Of a stretch of DNA of 45,220 nt, positions 25,240-33,452 are shown in pieces. The stretch is taken from the NCBI GenBank assembly GCA_045605805.1, contig JAZUQR010000016.1:1-45220 (forward strand), read 5' to 3'. Position 1 is the stretch's first letter. Each line of letters starts with the position of its first letter. The stretch is from Alphaproteobacteria bacterium (GTDB lineage Bacteria; Pseudomonadota; Alphaproteobacteria; CAAHEQ01; UBA3637). A model generated the notes under the pieces. It made no database searches. It was not told the origin of the DNA and worked only from the letters and a program-made list of their open reading frames with translations. A program made the position numbers and the translations under genes.

Positions 25240-26607
25240 ATGGTTATATTACGAGCAGGATTATACGAAAGAGTATCAACAGAAGAACAGGCACTAAAAG
25301 GATTTTCTATAGAAACACAGATTGATAATTTAACAGAGTATTGTGAGAAGAATAAAATTAAGATTGTGGATCACTACACTGATGAAGGTGTTAGTGGAGC
25401 CAAGCCACCTTTGAAAAGGCCTGGATTGCAAAGGCTCCTTGATGATGTGCAAGCCGGTAAAATTGATATAATTATATTTACAAAGCTTGATAGGTGGTTT
25501 CGTTCCGTAAAAGAATATTTCAAGGTGCAGGAAATACTTGAAAAGCATAAGGTAGAATGGAAAGCTATTCATGAAGATTATGATACCACCACCGCCAATG
25601 GTAGGATGGCCATTACAATCTTCCTGGCAATAGCCCAAAATGAGCGTGAAAAGACTGCCGAGCGTATCAAAGTAGTATTTGAACATAAGCGTAGGAATAA
25701 AGAAGCCTGTTTCGGTGGCAAAACTCCACCCATGGGATATAAAAAAGAAAAAGATAGTGATGGTATTGCAAGGCTTGTGAAAGATGAAAACACCCGGCAA
25801 ATGACAGAAGAATTTTGGGATATACTTGTAAAGTACAATAATATCAATAAGGCCATGCGATATATGAATGATACATATGGTATAGCTAAATCCCAAAAAA
25901 CATGGTACCGGCTTATCAAATCTGAATTTTACTGTGGAATGTATAATGGTGTGGAAGATTATTGTGAACCATATGTAAGCAAGGAAGATTGGCTGAAGAT
26001 ACAAGATACTGAGCGAACCAAGGTACACAAAACAAAAAATAGCCGGGTATATCTGTATAGTGGCATGATGCGGTGTCCTAAATGTGGGCATATGCTGTGC
26101 GGTGATACGAATAAAAAAGTATATAATGGTGTACCAAAGGAATACCGGTCTTATCGTTGCAGATTCAGAAGCACAACCTGCAAAGGTGCCCCTGCTGTAA
26201 CAGAAATCAAAGTGGAAAAGTTTCTGCTTAAAAACCTGAAGCAACTTTTGGAAAATGAAATAGCTGCTGTGGAATTGGAAAAATCCAAACCAAAGCCAAA
26301 ACCAAAAACAAACATTCCGGCACTGAAGGAAAGATTAAGAAGATTGAATGTAACGTATATGGCCGGGAATATAAGTGATGATGAATATTTGCGTGATGAT
26401 GCTGAAATAAAAGCATTGATTGCCAAGGCAGAAATGGAAGCACCGCCACCTGAAAGGGATTTGGAAGGCTTAAAATCAGTATTGGAAACGGACTTTGAAG
26501 CGGTGTATATCACCTTGAATGCTGAAGAAAGGCAGAGATTTTGGAAAGGGCTTATCAAGGAAATCAAACTGAAAGGAAACGATATTGTAGACGTTATATT
26601 TTTTTGA
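25240..26607 (+). CDS. int: Large serine recombinase (integrase)
   Basis: YERVSTEEQ catalytic Ser, DEGVSG, KLDRWFR, recombinase domain, CPKCG..C..C zinc ribbon, coiled coil. Confidence 0.95.
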   Translation: MVILRAGLYERVSTEEQALKGFSIETQIDNLTEYCEKNKIKIVDHYTDEGVSGAKPPLKRPGLQRLLDDVQAGKIDIIIFTKLDRWFRSVKEYFKVQEILEKHKVEWKAIHEDYDTTTANGRMAITIFLAIAQNEREKTAERIKVVFEHKRRNKEACFGGKTPPMGYKKEKDSDGIARLVKDENTRQMTEEFWDILVKYNNINKAMRYMNDTYGIAKSQKTWYRLIKSEFYCGMYNGVEDYCEPYVSKEDWLKIQDTERTKVHKTKNSRVYLYSGMMRCPKCGHMLCGDTNKKVYNGVPKEYRSYRCRFRSTTCKGAPAVTEIKVEKFLLKNLKQLLENEIAAVELEKSKPKPKPKTNIPALKERLRRLNVTYMAGNISDDEYLRDDAEIKALIAKAEMEAPPPERDLEGLKSVLETDFEAVYITLNAEERQRFWKGLIKEIKLKGNDIVDVIFF

Positions 26608-26610
26608 TTT

Positions 26611-26664
26611 TTGTACGGACTTTTGGGACTATCTCGACAGAGATAGTACCAAAAACCCATACAA
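26611..26664. other. Putative attP
   Basis: Two 25-bp arms (21/25 matching as an inverted repeat) around a central GACA, 3 bp after the integrase stop. Confidence 0.75.
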
Positions 26665-26800
26665 TTAAGTATACAATATTCAATCACCATTTTCACTGCA
26701 TGATTTGTCAATTTCCGGCCTTGTTTTTTATCTAATATGCCAATAGATATAATCCGTTTTTGGTTCTATCATTAAATAAAAAAGAAACGGAGAAAGTATT

Positions 26801-27049
26801 ATGGTATGCCCTAAATGTTGTTCGGAAAATGTATCAATCCAATTAGTGAACAAAGTGAAGCTGAAAAATGCACATCATGGAATCCTGTGGTGGCTCCTGA
26901 TCGGATGGTGGTGGGTACCATTCAAATGGTTGTTCCTAACAGTTCCGGCATTGTTCGCTGCAATATTCATTCCCAAAGGGAAAAAGGCTGTGAATAAAAC
27001 AGTAAAAATGAATGTTTGTCAAGCTTGCGGACACTCATGGAAAGTATAA
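26801..27049 (+). CDS. Membrane protein with split CxxC...CxxC zinc ribbon (moron)
   Basis: CPKC, Trp-rich hydrophobic segment, CQAC; own RBS and terminator. Confidence 0.75.
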   Translation: MVCPKCCSENVSIQLVNKVKLKNAHHGILWWLLIGWWWVPFKWLFLTVPALFAAIFIPKGKKAVNKTVKMNVCQACGHSWKV

Positions 27050-27052
27050 TGA

Positions 27053-27086
27053 AAAGGTCGGTGAAATCACCGGCCTTTCTTTTTTA
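27053..27086 (+). terminator. Rho-independent terminator
   Basis: AAAGGTCGGTGA-AA-TCACCGGCCTTTCTTTTTT. Confidence 0.8.
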
Positions 27087-27212
27087 TACAACTGTGTCAA
27101 ACTCGACATTCCATATACATCATTCGACATATACAAATGTTAATGGAAATATTTTTATTTGTCAATATTTGGAATATTATTCAGATACTAAGCAATAAAA
27201 GGAGAAAAATAT

Positions 27213-27587
27213 ATGAGAAAGGCAGAAGAAGTAACCGAAGCGGAAATTCAGGATTTATTACTTAATATTGGACTATCACCTGCTGTGATGGGCTTCCAAT
27301 ACATCACCTATGCAGAACAGCTTATTTTGATGGATGAAAAGTACCTGCACCATGTAACCACTATGTTGTATATCGACATTGCTAAAAAGTTTCAGACTAC
27401 ACCGGCTGCTGTAGAAAGAAACATCCGGCATTCAATCACAACCGCATGGTTGCATGGAAGCCTGACAGAAATCCATAAATTATTCCGCAATAGTATCAAC
27501 CCGGAAAAAGGTGTACCCACCAATTCGCAATTCCTGGCAAGGTTATATTTTTATTTCATCAATAATTCCCCAGGAAAGAGTGCATAA
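27213..27587 (+). CDS. Spo0A C-terminal effector-domain-only protein
   Basis: GFQYI, LYIDIAKKFQTTPAAVERNIRHSI..AW, PTNSQFLA; no receiver domain. Confidence 0.9.
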   Translation: MRKAEEVTEAEIQDLLLNIGLSPAVMGFQYITYAEQLILMDEKYLHHVTTMLYIDIAKKFQTTPAAVERNIRHSITTAWLHGSLTEIHKLFRNSINPEKGVPTNSQFLARLYFYFINNSPGKSA

Positions 27588-27616
27588 AAAGAAAAGGCAG
27601 GTTTATTCCTGCCTTT
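27586..27616. terminator. Terminator between convergent genes
   Basis: AAAGGCAGG-TTTATT-CCTGCCTTT with an A-tract on the left. Confidence 0.7.
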
Positions 27617-27761
27617 CGCATCTTTCCACATGGATTGTTCGTTTTTTATATCCGCAATTTTCAATGAATGCCTGTGCTTCTTTAAAACCGCCATAATTAA
27701 AAGGGAAATAATGTCTTTCTTTTTTGTGAATCACATAATATCTGTATTCTTCCATGTTCAT
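27603..27761 (-). CDS. Small hypothetical protein (accessory operon gene 4)
   Basis: MNMEEYRYYVIHKK...; RBS GAAAGG. Confidence 0.55.
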   Translation of the reverse strand: MNMEEYRYYVIHKKERHYFPFNYGGFKEAQAFIENCGYKKRTIHVERCERQE

Positions 27762-27771
27762 TCCTGCCTTT

Positions 27772-27930
27772 CTATAAGTTTGCATATTTGCGTTCATATG
27801 CCATATCTAACAGTTTGTTATATTCTTCTATCTTCTTGGTGTCTGTTTCCTTGTAACGCTTTGCGATTAAATCCTTGATCATTTCATCAACTTGTTCATT
27901 CGTCATTGGATTGCCTAATTTTATAATCAT
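27772..27930 (-). CDS. 52-aa hypothetical protein (accessory operon gene 3)
   Basis: Not in the track; MIIKLGNPMTNEQVDEMIKDL...; RBS GAAGGA. Confidence 0.6.
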   Translation of the reverse strand: MIIKLGNPMTNEQVDEMIKDLIAKRYKETDTKKIEEYNKLLDMAYERKYANL

Positions 27931-27978
27931 AATATCCTTCTTTCTCCCCGGTGCCGGTAGGTCAGCTTTGGAAATATT

Positions 27979-28149
27979 CTAATTCCATTCTTCTTTTCTT
28001 ATTGCAACTATCAAATCACGAAAATATTTTTTTGAACCTTCAGGAATTGATTTTAAGCATTTCATTGTTGCATCATATTCATTTTCCGCTTCAATTACAT
28101 AGCAGTGAAACATTTCTCCTAAGTAATAACTAACTTGCCAATCTTTCAT
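27979..28149 (-). CDS. 56-aa hypothetical protein (accessory operon gene 2)
   Basis: Not in the track; MKDWQVSYYLGEMFHCYVIEAENEYDA...; RBS AAGGGA. Confidence 0.6.
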   Translation of the reverse strand: MKDWQVSYYLGEMFHCYVIEAENEYDATMKCLKSIPEGSKKYFRDLIVAIRKEEWN

Positions 28150-28204
28150 ATCCCTTACCTATCCTTTCTGCCGGGGAACCGCCCCGGCTCGGTGTGGTGT
28201 AGTA

Positions 28205-28447
28205 TTAGACTTCAAATCTTGTTCCCATGATTGTAATAGCGGTCATTTGTGTTACGTCCTCGTTATAATCTATGTCATACTCGATATCCATTGCTTTTAA
28301 CATTTGTGTCATTCCTACAAATTCGCTGAAAAATGGGTTTGTTCTGATATTGTTATCAAAAATGTAATCGTTATTTCTCTTTACCATATTTACTACTCTC
28401 ATTTTGATTACTAAACTTTCACCGATTTTCTTAATCATTTCTGTCAT
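28205..28447 (-). CDS. 80-aa hypothetical protein (accessory operon gene 1)
   Basis: First ORF after the promoter at 28527-28499; RBS AAGGGA. Confidence 0.7.
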   Translation of the reverse strand: MTEMIKKIGESLVIKMRVVNMVKRNNDYIFDNNIRTNPFFSEFVGMTQMLKAMDIEYDIDYNEDVTQMTAITIMGTRFEV

Positions 28448-28498
28448 ATCTCTTTCCCTTTGCCTTTCTTGGTGTTGTTTGCTGTTCCTTATGATGTT

Positions 28499-28585
28499 AT
28501 TATATTACATGTTCCCATGTATTTCTATTGACAAAATAGCCAAAATTACATGTGCCCATTTGTGCATTTTTACATGTTCCCATGT
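28499..28585. promoter_or_regulatory. Divergent promoter region with three ACATG-N4-CATGT operators
   Basis: Operators at 28507, 28548 (degenerate) and 28572; leftward TAGAAA-17-TATAAT with operator 1 between -35 and -10. Confidence 0.75.
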
Positions 28586-28617
28586 TTTGAATAAAGTGGT
28601 ATTATAGGAATGAAAGG

Positions 28618-28815
28618 ATGGTATACGATATGACTAAACACTACGAACAAAGGAAGGTATCAAATAAGAAATACCTTGCAACATTGGATGAAATAAGAAT
28701 CCGCATTCCAAAAGGCAAAAAAGATGAATATAAGCAAATGGCAGAAGAAGCAGGGAAATCATTGAACCAATTCATAATTGATTGCATAGAAGAAACAAAA
28801 AAAGGGAAGGCATAA
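28618..28815 (+). CDS. Ribbon-helix-helix (Arc/HicB-like) regulator
   Basis: EIRIRIPKGKKDEYKQMAEEAGKSLNQFIIDCI. Confidence 0.8.
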   Translation: MVYDMTKHYEQRKVSNKKYLATLDEIRIRIPKGKKDEYKQMAEEAGKSLNQFIIDCIEETKKGKA

Positions 28816-28826
28816 AGCCTTCCCTA
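28796..28826. terminator. Terminator at the end of the late operon / RHH gene
   Basis: AGGGAAGGC-ATAAA-GCCTTCCCT with an A-tract on the left (U-tract on the - strand). Confidence 0.75.
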
Positions 28827-28831
28827 TCTCT

Positions 28832-29080
28832 TTACTGTGCTTTCTCTAAATCAGCAATTCTATGATTTATCACCTTGATCTGTTCTTCCACAACCGGCAT
28901 CCGGTGGGCAAAGTTATTATGCTCCCGGACTTCCCTTGTCAACTCTTCAATCTTGCAATCTGTCACTGCCTGTGCTATTTCAAGCTTCTTTTCAATCTTC
29001 TTGTTACTTGAAATATTCGTGATGATTACCCCTGCAAGTGCCAATACTCCTGTGATTACTGCTGATACGATTCCTTCCAT
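28832..29080 (-). CDS. Single-TM coiled-coil protein (holin/hemolysin-like), last late gene
   Basis: N-terminal TM IVSAVITGVLALAGVII; LTREVREHNNF..RIADLE; canonical lysis-gene position. Confidence 0.6.
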   Translation of the reverse strand: MEGIVSAVITGVLALAGVIITNISSNKKIEKKLEIAQAVTDCKIEELTREVREHNNFAHRMPVVEEQIKVINHRIADLEKAQ

Positions 29081-29118
29081 GATGTGTTTTCCCTTTCTTT
29101 TGTATTTTAATTTTTATC

Positions 29119-31149
29119 CTATACACCTATGACATACCGCAAAACAAAGCTTTTATTGTCAAAGGTGATACCGCTCGCTGTTCCTGTGGCATCATTGTCT
29201 GCATGGCCTGTGATTCGCTCATTGTTGATATACAGATATTTTGATGCGACCTTTAGGAATTTGTTAGCTGCCATTATGAAGGTGTGCCCATAACCATTCA
29301 TCTGCCCCACAAAGGCTTTGGATAAGAAAAATTGATGGAAATTAGTGTCCTGCACCACTCCATCAACTATTCTGCTGAATATAAGCACTATGCCATGTGG
29401 CTGTGCTGATACCGGCTCTGACAGTTCCGCCTTGTGTCCTGCGGTCATATACATTCCACCGGACCATAGTATTCTTCCTGTGCCGCTGCTTCCTTTAAAT
29501 ACAGGAATCCAGGCTTGCCATTTGTTGCTATAGTACAGCCTATCCCATATTTCCCTGTAAGCAACAGAACACCTTGTAAGCACCTGCCGGACTTGGTTTC
29601 CTGAACCTTCCCTGACAACTTCAATGCTTCCTGATGCACTACCGCTTAAAGGACTATTCAAAAGTGTGGTAGATACTCCACTTTCAAACACATAGAATCC
29701 CGGTTCTGTCAAGCTGTCCAAATCTGTACCTGTTTGTATTACAACCGGACTTGTTATCAGATGCCCCAATGTGGAATACATGGGAAGGGCAAATTCAACC
29801 CCTTCCTGCTCTGACACCTTGCCGAATGCTACACCCCTTCCTGAAGCGTTGAAATCAAGCAAAGTGAAGGCTGTTGACAAATCAATGGTGTTTGTGATAC
29901 TGCCAAAATAATCTGTCACTGTCAACCGCACATCATAAGCAAAATTGGTATCAAATAATGCCCCTGTTATAATGCTCTTGTTGTATGAATAGCCTGTTCC
30001 GCTTTCAATGGATTTCCATGTGGTTTCAGATTGCTTCTTGTACTCTATCTTGTAGCTTGAAGCGTTCTTATTGCTTGCTGATGCCACACTGAAGGATGCC
30101 ATTATTTTTGCATTGGTACCTTCATAGTTTTCCACACCCTTGGCATCCGTTCTTACCACTGAAAATGCTGTGATTTTCGGTGCGGTGTATGGTATACGAT
30201 TAAAGGTCTTTTCTGTGCTTGCTGTCCTTCCTCTGCTATCTGTCACAGTGATAATGGCTGTCACATTTCCGCTACCGGTCAAAACTGATGTTGTTGGTGT
30301 GGCTCCTGAATAGCTTTTGCCTTCAATTACAGTTTTGTAGGTCTTTATGGTGGAACCATAAGCCCCGGATGCATTGATAGTGAATTTTGCCTTGGATTTC
30401 CCTTGTACCAGGCTCCCAAACTGTGCTGCATATGCTGTGTTGGTATCTGCCACCGCCACACTGCCTATTGTCGGCACAACTGAAGAAGGCACCCTTGCTG
30501 TGAATGATACAGTTTTGGTGCCAATTAGTGTGCTTCCATTATAGGTTTTTACAGTGATGGTCACAGTGCCGGAAGTGGCATTTGGTATTTCCTCTGCCAA
30601 GGATAAAGGCACTGTCCAGGCTTTGCTTGTTCCAATATCACTGCCTATGGTGCCGGTAGCACTTCCCATCTTATATGTCAAGGTATGGTCAAAGCTACCT
30701 GATGCCCTTGGTAGTGAAATAGTTATGCTTTTACCCATATCCACTGCTGTGGCTGATAATTTAGGTGTTGTTGCCCTCGGTATGGTGGTTAATGCCTGGG
30801 AATAACTCTGATTGCTTGAAGAAAACTGATCATGTGTTATTCTTGCAGACACAGCCAAGGATTTTGAACCATCCGCACTGTGGGCTATATTCAATGTTTC
30901 GGTAAATACCACAATCCCTGATGATGTTATCTTGTCAGATGTTGTGATTGCTTCTGTGTATTGTGTTCCGTTAATCGTCACATACACAGTGCCGGTGCCA
31001 TATGTGGTATATCCGGTATTGGTACGATATACCCTTACCGATACTGTCACATTGGATGTGTTCCCGGTCACACTTTGGCTATTCTGTGTAATTGTGATTT
31101 TATACTTGATTTTATCATTAGTAGTTGACATTGCATTTGATGTTGCCAT
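29119..31149 (-). CDS. DUF859-like baseplate/receptor-binding protein (tip set A)
   Basis: QSVTGNTSNV, LTTIPRAT, VTDSRGRT, GRGVAFGKVSE; knob-like DLDSLTEPGFY; C-terminal LWSG...LRYVIGV. Confidence 0.8.
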   Translation of the reverse strand: MATSNAMSTTNDKIKYKITITQNSQSVTGNTSNVTVSVRVYRTNTGYTTYGTGTVYVTINGTQYTEAITTSDKITSSGIVVFTETLNIAHSADGSKSLAVSARITHDQFSSSNQSYSQALTTIPRATTPKLSATAVDMGKSITISLPRASGSFDHTLTYKMGSATGTIGSDIGTSKAWTVPLSLAEEIPNATSGTVTITVKTYNGSTLIGTKTVSFTARVPSSVVPTIGSVAVADTNTAYAAQFGSLVQGKSKAKFTINASGAYGSTIKTYKTVIEGKSYSGATPTTSVLTGSGNVTAIITVTDSRGRTASTEKTFNRIPYTAPKITAFSVVRTDAKGVENYEGTNAKIMASFSVASASNKNASSYKIEYKKQSETTWKSIESGTGYSYNKSIITGALFDTNFAYDVRLTVTDYFGSITNTIDLSTAFTLLDFNASGRGVAFGKVSEQEGVEFALPMYSTLGHLITSPVVIQTGTDLDSLTEPGFYVFESGVSTTLLNSPLSGSASGSIEVVREGSGNQVRQVLTRCSVAYREIWDRLYYSNKWQAWIPVFKGSSGTGRILWSGGMYMTAGHKAELSEPVSAQPHGIVLIFSRIVDGVVQDTNFHQFFLSKAFVGQMNGYGHTFIMAANKFLKVASKYLYINNERITGHADNDATGTASGITFDNKSFVLRYVIGV

Positions 31150-31163
31150 ATCTCTGCCCCCTA

Positions 31164-32759
31164 CTATACTATTTTGGAAAATGACAGATTCCCATTTGTT
31201 CTTGGTCTGAATGCAAAGTTACCAAGCTGCAAGGTGTTTAGGAATTCGCCATCTGTTACATACAATCTGTTGTTGCTGAAATATGCCACTTCCATGCCTG
31301 AATCTAAGAAGGTAATCTTGTCATTCTCAATCCGCAAGGTCAAAGTGTTTCCTTCCTCACCAAGAATGATATTTCCACCTTCAAATCTGATGTACTTGCT
31401 TATTTCCTCAAACTGTGCTTCCGTTCCGGCTGCTACATCATCAATATCCTTTACAACTTCATCAAAACGAAAATCAAAGGCTTTTGCGGTCTGCTCTACC
31501 TGTGTTGACACAGAAGTAACAAGGGCATCCACATCATCCTTCAGGTATACTTCATCCATCACTGTTGCTGTGATGCTCTCTGCTGATGTTTCAATCTGTG
31601 CAGATAGTTTTGTTTCCGTTTCTATAAGCCGATTTAAGACATTTTCCTGCATGGATGCAGAAATATTCACAATCTTATTTTCCGTTGAAATTTGCCCCCT
31701 TACAGCTTGTTCTGTGAGGGTATAAAACGTATCACCCAAGGTAAGTTTGTTAGCTGCCGGATGCAAAAGGTCAATTGACAGCTTAGAAACCAAGAATAAT
31801 TGATTGATTGAATGTGGTTTAGTAGTCACCTGTACCTGTGTACCTATATGGAAGGATTCAATGCTTTTATCCACTGTGGCAAGGTCCGCTGCATCCAAAT
31901 CTATGGAATAAAGCATCTGCATTTGCTCCTGTAGAAAAGCATTGCCTTTGGTTAATAGGCTCCCAGGCTCCGTCACATCATCCCAAATCTGCACCTTGAA
32001 AATCCATCCGTACCTATCAACTGCTTCCTGGTTATAAACATAATCCACACCATTATTCACAGAAGATATATTCAACCGGTTTTCACTGCCTTCTTCCTTT
32101 ACTCCCAAGGGAATAATCGCTGTGGCTATATCTTCCCCTTTGGTTTCCCTTTTCAGGTCCAAAAGGTTCTTGCCAAACTCTATTGCCTGCGGTGCCAAGA
32201 AATTCAATTCTTTCAGATAGTCAATATACATCCCATCTTCTTCATGCCGAATCCACAGATATCCGCCTAATGTATCAATCAGCTTCTTGTGTATGGATTC
32301 CCATGTATTCAGGTATTCTGAATCACTCCGGCTGATAGTATCATTTGGATCAGTAACAGTGATATTTCCCACCTTGAATTGATGGCTTGCATCTACCTGG
32401 GCATTGTGATTGGTGATAAACAGTGTAAATAATTCTGCCGGTGTTCCGGTGAAATCATAGGGCCTTTGAATGGAATCTACCAAAAAGGCAAACTCGCTTT
32501 CACATTCCACATTCTTTTCATTGTAGAAGCCCTGTGTATCGTTCAGGATTCTTCCCCGGAACAATAAAAAATCATCCTGATATACCTGGATGATTGATTT
32601 AAGCCTATGCAGATGGTCAAAGGATGGATGATTGTTGTAAATGTCAAAATCAAAGGTTCCTATTTGGTTCAGTTCCAATTCTACCTTGGGATTGAAGATT
32701 TCATAGCCTTCCAATTGGTCATTGTACAAAAGGAAGCTGTCGCAATATACCCTGTACAC
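31164..32759 (-). CDS. Tal / baseplate hub-spike A
   Basis: GTG start 1 nt after the Dit-A stop; FRGRIL, FGKNLLD, ATAIIPLG, WDDVT; beta-rich C-terminal spike. Confidence 0.85.
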   Translation of the reverse strand: MYRVYCDSFLLYNDQLEGYEIFNPKVELELNQIGTFDFDIYNNHPSFDHLHRLKSIIQVYQDDFLLFRGRILNDTQGFYNEKNVECESEFAFLVDSIQRPYDFTGTPAELFTLFITNHNAQVDASHQFKVGNITVTDPNDTISRSDSEYLNTWESIHKKLIDTLGGYLWIRHEEDGMYIDYLKELNFLAPQAIEFGKNLLDLKRETKGEDIATAIIPLGVKEEGSENRLNISSVNNGVDYVYNQEAVDRYGWIFKVQIWDDVTEPGSLLTKGNAFLQEQMQMLYSIDLDAADLATVDKSIESFHIGTQVQVTTKPHSINQLFLVSKLSIDLLHPAANKLTLGDTFYTLTEQAVRGQISTENKIVNISASMQENVLNRLIETETKLSAQIETSAESITATVMDEVYLKDDVDALVTSVSTQVEQTAKAFDFRFDEVVKDIDDVAAGTEAQFEEISKYIRFEGGNIILGEEGNTLTLRIENDKITFLDSGMEVAYFSNNRLYVTDGEFLNTLQLGNFAFRPRTNGNLSFSKIV

Positions 32760-32760
32760 C

Positions 32761-33405
32761 CTACAACACCCCTTCCCTGTACACAAAAGTGATGTTGCCG
32801 GTTCCTGTTGCTTTGACTATGGTCTTGCCTTCAGGCAGCACTAATTCAGGAATCGTGAATGTGCCTGCACTGAATGTGCCGGAATAACCTGTAAAAGCTA
32901 TCTTCATTTCAGCATCTGTAGTAATAATCGGCACTACCCTTTTTCGCCCACTATTCGTCAAGGTGATTTGTGTGGTAGCATTATTTACTGCTCTTGTCAA
33001 GGTTGTGTCCGCAAGCCTGTATTTATAAGGCTCACAATCACAATCAATGGTAAGCTTGCCAATGCTCTTTTCTGCTTTCCACTCTGAAACTGTTATCCTG
33101 CCAAAATAGGCCCATTCTGCATCATCATCCAATACAATCTGCATCTTCTGACCATGCAAGGCATTCTGAACCTTTGTGAATAGGTCCATGAATCCTTCCT
33201 GGGGAACAATGGTGGAAAACTCAAAAGACAATTCCCTGTTGCTGTATTTTACTTCGCCAAAAAACTCTGTCAAATCTAAAACACCATCACCGCCCGGAAT
33301 ATCAATTTCTTCCGTTTTTGGTGATGGTGTTCCTATGGTTTTGTTAGATAAAATCAAGGAAAAATCATTGTAAGAATGATAATTTCCAAATCTAATACCT
33401 TTCAT
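32761..33405 (-). CDS. Distal tail protein Dit-A
   Basis: MKGIRFGNYHSYNDFSLIL...IPGGDGVLDLTE...LHGQKMQI..DDD...CEPYKY. Confidence 0.85.
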   Translation of the reverse strand: MKGIRFGNYHSYNDFSLILSNKTIGTPSPKTEEIDIPGGDGVLDLTEFFGEVKYSNRELSFEFSTIVPQEGFMDLFTKVQNALHGQKMQIVLDDDAEWAYFGRITVSEWKAEKSIGKLTIDCDCEPYKYRLADTTLTRAVNNATTQITLTNSGRKRVVPIITTDAEMKIAFTGYSGTFSAGTFTIPELVLPEGKTIVKATGTGNITFVYREGVL

Positions 33406-33452
33406 TGATAACCTCACTTTCTTTGCCATTTGCAAGGTTATCTTTTGTAAAA

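Noticed and set aside
25330-26244. 304-aa ORF antisense to the integrase
   Set aside because: Shadow ORF of a well-supported gene; no motifs or RBS
28618-28815. HicAB toxin-antitoxin system
   Set aside because: Only an RHH domain with no adjacent HicA-like gene; the operator layout fits a stand-alone repressor
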